Positions 50,940 through 64,000 of a DNA stretch of 64,000 nt are shown piece by piece (position 1 is the stretch's first letter; the number at the start of each line of letters is the position of its first letter). Source of the stretch: Octopus sinensis (lineage: Eukaryota); contig NC_042998.1 in NCBI RefSeq assembly GCF_006345805.1, positions 188,728,001 through 188,792,000 of the forward strand. The letters run 5' to 3'. The position numbers and the translations under genes are program-made. The notes under the pieces are model-generated. The model worked only from the letters and a program-made list of their open reading frames with translations. It was not told the origin of the DNA and ran no database searches.

Positions 50940-52530
50940 ATTACATAACCTATCACCCTACCTTTATTAGGCCTAATAAACAAATAGTTCCCTACAAACT
51001 ATAAGCTCCGTAACATTTTCTGTAGAAACCCTTTCAAATATGAAGTACAAAGGTATTCTCAATTCCTAGCTCAGTTGGTAATTTACGCCCTCCCAGTTAG
51101 CCCACAATTCTGATAATTTACCCTTTTTCTTTCATTTAATCTTTTTCCTTTTTTTTTGTTTGGAAAGTTACGCAATCATCTGTTGGGATAAATATATCGA
51201 TTAGAAGCCATATCTTTTTCTGAGGTTTTTGAGAACAATGTCTAGTCGATTAACATTAATCTCCCCTTCTATGTATGGTAATGATATATGAGTATGGTTG
51301 CTTGTCAATCTCGGAGATTTTCTCTGGTTTGTGCTTACATCATCTATTTTCTCTTAGTAATTCCTAATGCTAGTATAACTACTAACGTATGTAAATCCCA
51401 ACTCTGTCATGCCTGTGGATGTATTCCTTCTTAGCTGGACAGCCAGAGTCAATGTGGTTTATTGTTTCTTTCTCAGGCTACGTATTCTATAGTTACTGTA
51501 TTGCCCATTCTTACATACTTTTGATAGTTTGTTTTCTTTGGAAGCTTTGATCTTATCCAACAACCCCTCATTTACAGGTTTGATTCCCGTCCTTCTCAGA
51601 CAATGTTTCTACCTTGCCTGCTTCCAACCAGTTCAGCTCTTTCAAGGATTAGCTATGCAAAGGAATCTTTCTTTTTGCCATCGCTTTACCATGGCATTCA
51701 ATAGCCATAGTTTTAGCTAAAATTTAGTCGTTTCACAATTTCTTTCGTTTCTCCTTTTTCTTCATATCTAATAGTTCAGTTTCTGCTTTGAATTTGTCGA
51801 CTTCCTTGAAGGAAGCGATATTCTTTTCTTTTTTCTTTTTCCCTTTTTCGTGTCTCGTGGCTATTTATGTTAATTTTCTATAATTCTTTAAAAAATATTT
51901 TTGTAATAGATAACTTATAACACTTTTCTAGTAGCATAAAGCTCTTGCCTTGTTGTATTCGGGCTAAATATAATCTTCGTATATCAGATATTTTCTGTTT
52001 ATTTATTTATTTTTATATTCTAAATGCTGTCATTTTTCTCCTTTGCCTGTGTGGTCTTAGCAGTGCGTTGGGACAGCTATTATTATTGATGCCTATTATC
52101 TTATTCTTTATATTTAGCTCTGGTTTGAGTATTAATCTATTGCGTCTGCAATAGTTATCCCTAATCTTTTTTTTCATTTGTGTCCGTTGTACACTGTCTA
52201 GATCGTTGATCCTTGCGCATTTGAATGTCTGTATTTGGTCTAATTCTCCTATGTCTAATTCTTTATCTAGTATTATATTAATGTTCTTAATAAATAAATT
52301 TTCCTGCATTCAAAATTCACTAACAACATTTTTCCTAATTCGTAACTAATATCAATTTATCTCTTAAACCCATGTATTCTCTGTAGTTATGTTTCCAATT
52401 GTTTAGCATTGGCAGCATACGACTTCTGGCCATCCATATGGAAAAGTCATTGATATCTTCCCATAACCTTTTTGTCCGATTCCACCACTGTTTAGTAAGA
52501 AAAGCCATCTTAACCCCAATACCGAATAGG
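50940..52530 (-). mobile_element. Decayed R4/Dong-like reverse transcriptase region
   Basis: FHMDGQKSYA (YMDDLKLYA-like) and KKKIRDNYCRRNRLILKPELNIKNKIIGIN motifs. Confidence 0.65.
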
Positions 52531-52756
52531 AATAATGAATTGCGACCATGCAAATGTGTATGTGTGTGTGTATTTATGTCTATGCATATGCAATGCTTTG
52601 ACAAAGCCAAGGCTTATTTTCACTCCAGAATAAAGGGTTGACCGTTAAAAAATTCCAAAATTGCTTGCTAGTGAAACGAACATTAAGACAATTAGGGACA
52701 TTTTCTTTTTGTTTGTTTTTCAAAAACTTGAACCCTTCTGTCAGTCCACTGCCTGA

Positions 52757-52836
<80 letters not shown>

Positions 52837-52844
52837 TAAAAAAT

Positions 52845-53040
52845 TGCTGATTGATATCGAAAGAAAATATGGCATCTCAGGACTGTTACAATACCAGTGA
52901 TTGTAGGAGCACTTGGGAAGATCAAAAAAAGGAATTGAAAATTATTTGAGGATGATCCCTGGCTTACCATCCATGCAAGAAGGGCAAAAAATTATCTGAA
53001 CTGGTACGTCGCACGTATTGAGAAGAGCATTGTAGCTGTG
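52845..53040 (+). mobile_element. R4/Dong-like 3' terminal fragment
   Basis: TIPVIVGALG and TGTSHVLRRAL-like motifs. Confidence 0.6.
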
Positions 53041-53267
53041 AATTATTTCCCTTTTCCCCTTTATTCTCTTTTTCATTTTTCTCCCTTTTTCCTTCTTTCC
53101 TCTTTTTCTTCCTCTTTTTTTCTGTCACATGACTTTAAAATGAACAATCTGGTGTGCTCATTTTAATGGCCTACCAATGTATACAGTGAGTTCCTTTGCT
53201 CTAGGTATTGGGAAGACACTCGGCAAGAAATGGAAACAAAATTGAAAGAAGATAGCGATAATGGCAA

Positions 53268-53276
53268 TAATAATAA

Positions 53277-53366
<90 letters not shown>

Positions 53367-53410
53367 TAGTAGTGTAGTAGTAGTAGTAGTAGTAGTAGTA
53401 GTAACAGTAA

Positions 53411-53505
<95 letters not shown>
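53268..53505. repeat. Compound (AGT)/(AGC) trinucleotide array
   Basis: Direct reading. Confidence 0.96.
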
Positions 53506-53769
53506 ATTAGCTGGACCCGTGAAAAATTCACGGAAAATATAGAAAATGTAAGCATCTGTAAATTGTGTGCTGGTGCCATGAGAAATGTTTCTATAGTGCG
53601 ACACTTACAGAATATAGAAAGAAGTGTAAAACCGATGACTATATAATCCAACCAAAATATCTCAGTTACGCAAACATAAACAGAATTACTATTAAGCCTT
53701 AAAATACATCGTACATATTCAAAGGACCTTCTAGGTTTAGTGGTACGGAACGTTCTTGCGGCATTTTTT

Positions 53770-54083
53770 TTTACTTGTTTCAGTCATTTGATAGTGGCCA
53801 TGCTGAAGCACCGCCCTTTAGTCGAAGGCATCGACCCCGGGACTTATTCCCTGTAAGCCTGGTGTTTATTCTATCAGTCTCTTCTGCCGAACAGCTAAGT
53901 TACGGGGACACAAACACACCAACATCGTTTGTCAAACAATGGTGATGGGAGGACAAACAAAGACACAAGCACAAACACATAAAAATATTTTATATATATA
54001 TATATATGACGGGCTTCTTTCAATTTCCGTCTACCAAATTCCTTCACGAAGCTTTGGAAGGCCCGAGGCTATAGTAGAAGACA
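53770..54083 (-). mobile_element. SINE family B, headless diverged copy
   Basis: Matches body and tail of family B. Confidence 0.8.
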
Positions 54084-54375
54084 AATATGTGGGTGTGCAA
54101 ATTTGTTTGTTAGTTACATTCGTAACTGTTAAAATATTAAAATATAGGAATAGTTATAGAATTATAAAAACGTTATGAAGAGTCCTGATGATTGGGGTTG
54201 CAGTTAAGATATGTTTCTGAAAAAGACTGAGTGTCTGGGGAACGTTAAACGCACCTCATGAAACAAGTGTAGAAGAGAAATTTGGAACTGAAATAGTAAG
54301 TATTAAAATAAAATTCTATGATATAGTGTGATGTATATTAGGATTTGATGAATTGCATGGGGACTTCTATCTCTA

Positions 54376-54378
54376 ATA

Positions 54379-54477
<99 letters not shown>

Positions 54478-54497
54478 ATATATATATATATTATATA

Positions 54498-54570
<73 letters not shown>

Positions 54571-54600
54571 ATTATATATATATATGCATGTATGTATATA
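54376..54600. repeat. (TA)n-rich array
   Basis: Direct reading. Confidence 0.96.
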
Positions 54601-55082
54601 TGTATGTATGTACGTGTGTGTGTTTTGCTATATACTAATGTACCTATGCAAACATGTATGTAGGCATACACGCATACTTGTATGTATATCGTTATTCAGT
54701 TTTATTTAAAGATTTCTTGTCAATAGAGAAAGAGTCGGTTTCTAACCTAGATTCAAGGCTGCTTCATTGGAATTTCAATATCATCAATAGGGTATTTTTG
54801 TATGTATGTATGTATGTATGTATGTATGTCCGTACATACGTCTCTGTGCAAGGAATTTAAGATTCATGAAACGTATTCTTACAGATTAACCATTCTTAAT
54901 TATTCAGTGCATTGATTCAATGGGAAACATGAATAATTTCTAGGACACATTCAAAGCTAAGCGGTTTAGGGTGAGTGTTCTCAAGCAAGTTTACCATCTT
55001 GTGGCTTCTTGTATGTGTATTTTGTGACTCGTTTCATTCCTGGGATTATTTACACGTTGGCTAATGCGTAAAGATGATTTGT

Positions 55083-55140
<58 letters not shown>

Positions 55141-56221
55141 TTTACCGCTTAATCACGGACAGAAGGGATGAAAAGTAAAATTGGTCCCGGCGAAATTAGA
55201 ACTCAGAATAAAAGGAGCCCGAGCAGTTCACATAAAATAATAAAATCGATACAAAACTTAAATTTTAATTCATATAGCACACAAAACTCAGCACAAAATT
55301 ATGACACTCAACTCAGTGAATGTAAATGCTAACAATCTCATCAGTTTTCATGAAGATTACACATCCTATATATAGTAAGATTTGTTATTCCTGTTCGGAG
55401 CCATAAAATACAAAGTCAAATCGATGCAAATTTCATATGAAAATACGTCCAACCAGTTTACTATTTACACATCCTGTTCTAATGAAACCATCATATCATA
55501 CGCCATATCCTAGAAGTGGTCGTTCACCTAATCGTTAACCTCAGCACATTAGTATTTGTTTACTTCTTCTGGTACTTTTATTGTTATTTCTGTAAAATTT
55601 ATGACCCAACACTGATTCTATCTAGACAACTTCGGTGTACTCAACATCCGTTTTCCAAATTGGTCACATCTTCAAAATCCGTTCTAAACACCTTGTCAAT
55701 GTTCACTTATTAGAATCGAACTATCCTGGCTTCCACCTTGTTTTGGAACCGAACGCTTCTAATTTCTACGATGTTTTAGGACCGATCTCTTCTGGTTTCT
55801 ATTATGTCTGTGGGCAGAGCTTCTTCGAGATGAAACCATTATAAAATAAACTTTTATTTCATAAAGGTTTCGTCTCACAGAAGCTCTTCTCATAGCTACT
55901 TATGACATTCCAAGACTGGTGATATCATCGTGGTGGATGTTCTTTATGAACATTTCAGAAACAAAATGGACAAGAATTCTAAAGAGGTTGCGTTCTGGAA
56001 AGGGAGGAGTTGGAGAAAATTGTCTAGTGGGGGACATAGGAGTGGACACATTATAGATAAAGAAAGGAAGATAGAAACGAAGCAATAAGATGGGCATCAC
56101 TGAAGGTTTCATTAGATCAGCTAGTTCTGATGAACAGAGATTACTTAGAAATGGTAGATGAAGAGTAAGAATGTAGCACGTATGAGGGCCATTAAGCTTC
56201 AAAACTTCAAATTGAATATCA

Positions 56222-56274
56222 CGATAAAACTACTGCAAGATACAAATCATTTATATCTTGCAGTAGTTTTATCG
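56222..56274. repeat. Perfect 21-bp inverted repeat with 11-nt loop
   Basis: cgataaaactactgcaagata-caaatcattta-tatcttgcagtagttttatcg. Confidence 0.95.
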
Positions 56275-58852
56275 CAGTTAAGGTCTTTAACTGTCTTCTC
56301 CAAACAATAATTACAAGTATTTTTCATTCATGACGTGCTGAGTGTTTCAAAACTAATTTTTCAATATTCATCTATCCTCTGATACTTTTCACAGTTTCTT
56401 CTAAATTTCTCCCAACACTAATATTATTTGTTAGATATATTTCTTTTCCATCTATGACTACATTAATGAGCCCTTACCAGGTCATATACTTTTACATAAA
56501 ATTTTGACTTGTTTTATTAGATTTGGTTTTCATTTAAAATGTTAACATTGATTTTGTCAAGTTTTACTGCATGAGGCTTCGAAAATTAGAGTGCAAATCA
56601 TTAATTCTGGCGTTTTCATAGTATGCTGTATTATGTTGTTTTAAAAAAAATAAATCACAAGGTGTAATAATATCTGTTGAAAATAGCAACAACAAGCCAC
56701 GACAACAATAGGTGATTAATTTACAAACGATTTACATGTCAAGTTCTTTAGTGTACAGGTTATGCTGACATATAAGTAAGAATAGCGAGACTATTAAATT
56801 CATCCAGGCTTTTTAATTTTGATTGTAATTACATTTAATTACACGCTATCTTAATCGGGGAACCTCTCTAATCAACTCTAGACGCCACTTTAAGAGAGGG
56901 GAAGAAAAAAGTTACCGCCATTGTTGTCAGCATAGGTTCTGATGTGGGATGAAGATATATTATCACAAGGTATATTATCAAATAGGTACCTGGGCGATCA
57001 GAATTGTAGGCTAACTGGGAGGACGTAAAATGTCTTTTAGTTGAATGTAACAAGAAACAACTGCAATATAAACTTGTGGTGGTCGGTTACCTTGGCAGCA
57101 TCTGTTCTTGCATAGCCTTAAGCATCGGAGTTCCATAACTGGATATCAGGACAATCAACGGACAATATAATAAGGAGCGATATACGTACGACTGATGAGG
57201 TGTATATAAATTGTGCCCATTAGTTTATGTCAGGGTGACATGCTGGACTGTTCACATCATGGAAAAGGGCATGCATTAAATACCTTTAGGAAACACCTGA
57301 TTAACATCTTCAAGGAAGATATGTCTAACAATTCTCATACACCTCACGCAATATTAACCCATGACTCCTTATTTAAAAAGAAAATTGATTATAATAAAAA
57401 AAACCTGATGTTACGTCAGAAGCATCAACAGCAAAAGTTCTCCAGTCTCTACATATGGCAGCTTAGTTCTTTATCAAAATAGAGATTTAACAATCGGTTG
57501 TTTTCAAGATATAATAACTTGCATTGGAAACTATTCTGCTTTCGCATGCTAAAAGCAAATCCCGTAACACCATATGATTCTTAAATTTTAGGTCTACTAT
57601 TGCTAATAAGTTTAAAATAATCAGTTCCTACGTCATCTTATAGAGTACCATTTAAAAGGAACTGCCTAAAAGTTAGTTACGGTTGTACTCTTAACACGAA
57701 GAGCAGCATATGATAACTAGGATTCACAGAGGACAAATACAAACAACGCTACATTAATCTCAACTTTTGGGCTTGTCTGAAAAAACACTCAAAAAAGCCA
57801 CCACCACCCTAAAATGATACATAGCACCTTAAATGATATAATACTGATTTTGATACGTTTTTATCTATTAAAGAATTTTATATTGACAAAATGTATTTGT
57901 TGTTGATTATAGTAAGATAAAATCAAGACAATAACAATACATCTCATAGCTGTAAGATAAATCATTTTGAAACTACATATACGTAAACAACAAAATATCT
58001 AGCTGTGGACTCGTTGCTCTATAGGTCTTTTAAACACCGGCGCGCTTTATGTTTGGATAAAACAGCGATGTCGGGCAAACGAATAAATATATGTAAATAT
58101 TTCTTCCTTCTTGGTGTTGATTTTTAGAACAGAGTGGTAAGAGTGTATGTACGAGCGTGTGTGTGCAAATGTATGTATAAAATCCCGACCTAAGCCAGCT
58201 AGCTAAACAACCTTTCGCCCCCTGATGTTCTAGCCTGCATATATATTTTCATTCCTTTTTTTCTAGTACCATTCCTTTGTCATAAACTCACTGTAACTCG
58301 ATCATCCCTGTCCTTCGTTTCCATTCCCTACAAATTTTTTTTTATCAACAGTTATTTGCCAATATTTACAAATGTTTTGCAATTCTTATAGAAAGATAAT
58401 AGTTTTGAAAATTGTAGCAAGGTTTCACTCCCTAACTAGACGGGCATATAACAACATGACGGCCAACACTCAGGATCTTTAGCGAGACACAACTTTATGT
58501 ATGGATGTACCTGATGAGATCCAGACTGAAAAAATGAATGCAACACAACCTGTTGAATGGAATTCCACCCATAAGGGACATTAACAAGGTGGTTCGAAAC
58601 GACCGTTGTACTAAAAGATTAATACCAAAGCCATCTGATTGCGGAGTTCCTGGTGTAGATCCAACGGTATTATAACCCGACCGCGGATGACACCAGGTAC
58701 CTCAAACTGTGCCAGTGCTCTACCAAACACTTCAAAACACTAATCGATATATACCCATTAGTCCAAAATATTACACACACACACGCGCACACACACACAC
58801 ACGCACACACACACACACGCACACACACACACACACGCACACACACACACAC

Positions 58853-58922
<70 letters not shown>

Positions 58923-59689
58923 ATATGTTCCTTTATTAGCCACACAGGGCTGCACACAGACGGGACATATTACAAGGTAGAGCTTTTCTTTTTGGGGAGA
59001 AAAAAAAGTGGGGTAGGTTTTCGATCAAAAGAGATCGTAAAAATGAAAGAAAAAGGAAAGAGAAAGAGGAAAGAAAGAAAAAGAAAGAAAAGAAAAGGGA
59101 GGGAAAAAAATAAAAAATAAAAGATAGATAGATAATTAGATAAATAGATAGATATGAATACAAAGATACATCCAAACACATAATGCATGCCATGCATACA
59201 TACGTACATGTATATACATGCATAGAGCTACATTGCACTTATTGCCTGTCACAGGCCAAATCACTCTAAGCGTATGTTGATGCGTCAGTAATCTGAACAA
59301 TAATAACACTCTACATCGGGGTTAACGTAGAGACTAATTTAAATATACAATTTATTAGCTTTATTTATGACTCTTTTGCTTTTCGTATTTAAGAATACTT
59401 TAGGGAAATATCCTTCATAGTACACATCGTTGCTTCTATTTATAACTTCCACTTTACTGATTACTTTTGATACATAAGCAGCAATCTACTATGATGTCAA
59501 TTGAATAAATGCCATTGTAAATAACAGAAGCAACACTTCTTTGATTTAAGCAAAAGACATTAAGATATTTGGGAATAGAAAAACCAGTGAAGCCAGGATG
59601 TAGTTGTTTCCTGAAGAAAACGTCTCTGAAACTTACTGAATGTTTCGAATTTAAAACATTTCTCGCCTGATCTTACGAAAAAAAAAAAA

Positions 59690-59900
59690 AGGACGAAAGC
59701 GAAAGTTCGTTCAGACGGTGCATGAATAAATTAAGGGGCGGGGGGGTTGTGTTGATATTTAAAAATGAGAAAATCAATGAAAATACGTTAAATTTTGAAA
59801 GTACACTAAAATTTGAATTTGAGAGCTCAGAGGTTCTGCAAGCTCGGCTGCTAGCCATAACGGCTACTTCTCATTCAGATCAAAGTTTACAATCTTTAAA
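59690..59900 (+). mobile_element. LINE AP-endonuclease fragment
   Basis: RGGGVVLIFK motif typical of CR1/L2-type APE domains. Confidence 0.4.
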
Positions 59901-60025
59901 ATGAGATGAACACATTGAAGGATGTTGTCTCAGGTACATTAGTGTTGAAAAGAGATCGTAGGTTTCCTCGGTCAGGGATAACCTGAGGTTAAATAACAAA
60001 GAAACTTTAGAATTTATTTGTCACA

Positions 60026-60422
60026 TCTTCTTTATATATAAAAATGAAGTTGTGTGCTGTCTCCTACGATTTAGATTCCTAACTACTCCCACATTTTGCG
60101 GTGCAGTTTAACCAAAACCGGGTATCTTATAGTCGTGATTCATATCGAGCCCTTCTGGGTATTAGCGCGCGTCTACAATGAGTCTACGATTTAAAAAAAA
60201 ATTACCATCATTTTTTTCCATTTTAATGCATTTTTTTCGCTATTATATAAGGGAAGTAACTCTCTAAAATGTCTACGATGAGTCAACGATTTAAAAAAAT
60301 TTACCATCATTTTTTTTCCATTTTTAATGCATTTTTTTGCTATTTTTTGGCTATAACTCTCTAAAAATGCTTATATAGTTATTTCCCTTACAAACCCGAG
60401 CAACGCCGGGCGATACTGCTAG
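60026..60422 (+). mobile_element. Non-autonomous Helitron, subfamily A
   Basis: Reverse complement of the 5978 and 12684 copies, with TC...CTAG termini. Confidence 0.85.
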
Positions 60423-61068
60423 TTAAGTAATAAAAGTGATTTACAGGGATCTAAATATTCATGTCACAGCAACGTTAATACCGACTCAAAGAGCAAATAA
60501 CATTTCTAGTCGAAATAAACTTCCACTCACATTTACGTTGATCAGGCTCTTGAGAAACTTCTAGAGAAATGTACCATTTTCTCATAAAAATTTCTTGTTT
60601 AGGATCAGTAACCAGTGTATGGGGAGATACACATGTATGTATGTATGTATGTATGTATGTATGTATGTATGTATACATGCATGTATGTATGTATGCATAT
60701 ATTTATATACCGATTTGGTTTTTCTAAGCATCAGAATTCTGTTTGGGAAAGTGGCACAATTCCCAAGAGGCTTATCAACAGCCTGATCAATGTAAGTAGA
60801 TAAGTGATTCGTTGAAAATACTTCAACCGGATATACTTATTATTTCACGAGTACTTAAGACAATATATATTACTGTAAGGGTTGTAAGCATAAGTTATAC
60901 ATATGTAAGCATAAGTTATACATGGGACAAACATTATCTGATATAGACTTAATACTTGAAAAGGGCAAAGAACTGTTTATTATTTAAAATATGAAAGTTT
61001 ACTCGAGATTCGATGAGCCACAAGGAAAAATTCGATTTGACTGCAATACTTTTATATAAACACACACA

Positions 61069-61099
<31 letters not shown>

Positions 61100-61311
61100 C
61101 ACCACACACACACACACACACACGCACAACATACATAGACATACGCGCTAGGGTACCTACACACGCAGATATATGTGTACTTGTATGTATTTACCAGAGA
61201 GCTGCTATGTAAACAGATATCGTTTTTGGTATCACACATGTATTTTTTTCTCTTGCACCTACCACAATTCTGTTTCTATTCGTTTTGGTTCTCATTAATT
61301 AAAAGGTATGA

Positions 61312-61470
61312 AAGCGGCGTGCTGGCAGAATCGTTAGCATTATGGACGAAATGCTTTGCGGTATTTCGCCCTACGCTACGTTCTGAGTTCAGATTCCGCC
61401 GAGATCGACTTTGCTTTTATAATAAGTAGCCGCTGAAAACTGGGGTCGATGTAATCGACTCATTCCCGCC
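61312..61470 (+). mobile_element. SINE family A-related, older partial copy
   Basis: Diverged head and body. Confidence 0.7.
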
Positions 61471-61782
61471 CTCAAAATTGCTGCCCGTATGGCAAATTTT
61501 GAAACCATTGATTGAAGGGTATCATCCAAAACATCAGAATCACTTCTGTTTCTTTCTTTAAGCTTCATTCTGCACTTTTTGTCCATAGGTACGGACTTTC
61601 GCTTCTCTGTCATTCTGTAACATTTTTTAATTCTTTCTTCTTTATCTCAAATTCTACTGGCGCTGTTTGGCGATGTTTTTTATCAATTTATATCTTTATA
61701 CTGGGTATTTAAAATTTTTTTGCTCGTAGGTATCACTGATCGTATATAAGATGCTTCATGTGTCTGATTACATGACTTAATA

Positions 61783-61874
<92 letters not shown>

Positions 61875-63379
61875 CGTTGTTATTGTTAACTGAAACATGG
61901 AAGATAACTTTTGCGATAAAGATAACATTATTGGAAATTTCTAAACTCCTCCAGAGGCTAAACCCAACAGGCACGTAGACATGTTTATATATGTAGCTAA
62001 CATCTGTAGCCATATTTCTGGAGAAAATGGTCGCAAACATTTACAAATAATGTATGTTCAAGCATTGCACATTCCGTTGACACACAGACACGCCGACAGA
62101 CGCACATTGAAATCATCTCACACAAAACCATTCAAACTTACATGAATGTAACCCAGTCTAATATACTACTCGAACATTTGCACAAATTCACACATGTAAA
62201 ACACATAGAATCCTTTTACAATAAACCTTTTACTTTATTTGCTCTCAATTCTTGTGGTTCTTTATAATTCTATTATGGTTATCATTGACGTCTAGTTTTT
62301 GAATGCTATTGGTTCATGTTAATTTCCTGATTAGTAAAACCAAGATTAGGCTGTTAATTATTTGGTCATCATAAAAATGATGATTTTGTTATATATATTT
62401 TTTTTTCATTGTTACATGGGGCAAATAAATCGATGAATATTTTCATCAGCGTTATACAGTTTAATATTCTGACCTACTAACAGTTTTATTATCATTACCA
62501 TTTAAACTTCATCAGCAACACGAGAAACAAAACTCAAACAGGATTACCCATGTTTCTATTAAATTAATTGCTTTTTTCTATTTCAGATATTTGTTATATT
62601 TCATTGCAACATTTCGATTTTTTTACGTTACTCCTATTAATTTCTCAATATTAATGCATTACTGGGAAATTAGAAGATAGGTAATAATGAGTTGTTAACC
62701 AGATGGTTATTTACTGAATCGGTAGACGAATAGGCAGATGAAAGAGATTAAGTCAAATATAATATACAAAGTTTTTAGATTCTTGTTTTTGTTTCAAATT
62801 CACGTGGTATTACAAATGACTTCAAAGTTTCAAGACTGATTCTGATAAACACCGAAAACTATGTAGACAGGTTCAGAGAGAGTACAGCAACTGGACAAAG
62901 GGTTGATGATTCAAATATATTCACCGATAATATTAGGTGAGTATCTAATTTCTCTGAATGAGCATATACTCATAGGTTAGGTATAGCTTTCTGCAATGAA
63001 CAGTAAATATGTTGTACAACGAATAGACCACCTGTAATAATGATGCATACTTCAGAATTTTTGCTATGAAACATGCGTAGATTTTATGCAATACTCGTTT
63101 ACAGTCTTCAGAAGATTTATAATGGTGCACTTTTTGATGGGTTGGTCAAAGAAAGAATGGCAGTGCTCGTGATATTTTTCAAAACCTTGAAGACCTGTAG
63201 AGAAAAGAAGGAAGTTCTCCCTGGGTCAGAATTCTGTCTGAATGCTTACAACCAAGAGTAATCCTTCAAAATTATCCAAAGCCCAGATGATGATGTGTAG
63301 CCGAGTAACGGGATCAAACTACATCACAAAACGATGGTAGCTACACGTCTACATACACTCACTACTCAAGTCTACCAGG

Positions 63380-63840
63380 TACGTCTAATTTTTATCTGGG
63401 ATCTGTGCAGAGCCATCCTTTGACGTAGAGTGTTTTTTGTTTGGCCTATGTATTGCTCTTGACACCCAGAGTTGGTTAGTACGTATATCAGGTTCTCCGA
63501 AGCACATGTGAAGCTGCTTTTCCCTGTGAAACATTGTCCCTGTTTGAAGAAGAACTCTGACCCCGCAATTAAATTAACACATATCCCACAGTTGGGTCTT
63601 CCGCATTTTTTTTTTTTTTGCTGACGGCTTCTGTGTTGGTGAGTGTATTCGGGCTTGTGTTAGGAGACTTTTCCGAGATTTGGGTTATCTCTTGCTTTTT
63701 TGATGGTGTGTGTATGGAGGATTAAGTTCATTCTGTGGTCCTTTTTTAGCGGGGGAATGTTTTGAAGGATGGTGTCGAAGGCTTCATTGTTAAGAGGGTT
63801 GTGTGTGGAGATGTATGGTAGGGCTTTTGGTTGCAAATCT
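63380..63840 (-). mobile_element. Penelope-like GIY-YIG endonuclease fragment
   Basis: CGRPNCGIC...FTCASENLIYVLTNSGCQEQYIGQTKNTLRQRMALHRSQI, a clear GIY-YIG signature. Confidence 0.85.
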
Positions 63841-64000
63841 TTCTTAAATTTGGAATGTCATACATACACACACACAAATATATAAATATATATATATGTA
63901 CCAGAGTATGCACATAAATGTGAAACGAGGTGGAAAAGTAGTGCTCGAATACCGGAGCTAGAGTAATATGCTTTAAAGTGTGTGTGTGTGTGTGTGTGTG

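Noticed and set aside
54735-54785. Hammerhead-like CCAATGAAG...GAAACCGACTC in a repeat also present near 10960-11080
   Set aside because: The core deviates at several invariant positions and the stems are poor.
61880-62040. Minus-strand FSRNMATDVSYIYKHVYV as a possible RET N-terminal exon
   Set aside because: No credible donor; the frame runs into a CA repeat; similarity is weak.
63090-63205. Strong minus-strand acceptor cttccttcttttctctacag
   Set aside because: The open frames are short, not clearly cadherin-like, and have only weak donors.

Overview
AT-rich, repeat-saturated eukaryotic DNA. The SINE families, (CATA)n/(TA)n/(CA)n arrays and repeat mix suggest a cephalopod, probably Octopus (inference). 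The only supportable host gene is a minus-strand RET-like receptor tyrosine kinase. Four exons (11605-11870, 7585-7653, 2670-2925, 1048-1257) have GT-AG sites and compatible phases, and splice into about 267 codons covering cadherin-like domains and the RET cysteine-rich domain. Its 3' exons lie left of the window; its 5' exons were not found in 11.9-64 kb, which may be one very large intron. Most listed ORFs are microsatellite artefacts or decayed transposon fragments. The remainder holds four tRNA-derived SINE families, five non-autonomous Helitrons, a full-length decayed mariner, and RTE, R4/Dong-like, Penelope-like and Tc1 fragments. Two signals stand out. (1) Eight small type-I hammerhead-ribozyme-like motifs of several families lie in or upstream of the RET-like exons, with C3-G8, G3-C8 and U3-A8 core pairs and palindromic stem III; they include a tandem sense pair 206 nt apart and one motif locked in a 139-bp fold-back next to a splice acceptor. 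(2) Several local inverted duplications and templated insertions, most of them at 25.5-32.3 kb, would form long intronic dsRNA. No ribozyme activity, splicing or editing is demonstrated; all calls come from reading the sequence by eye.
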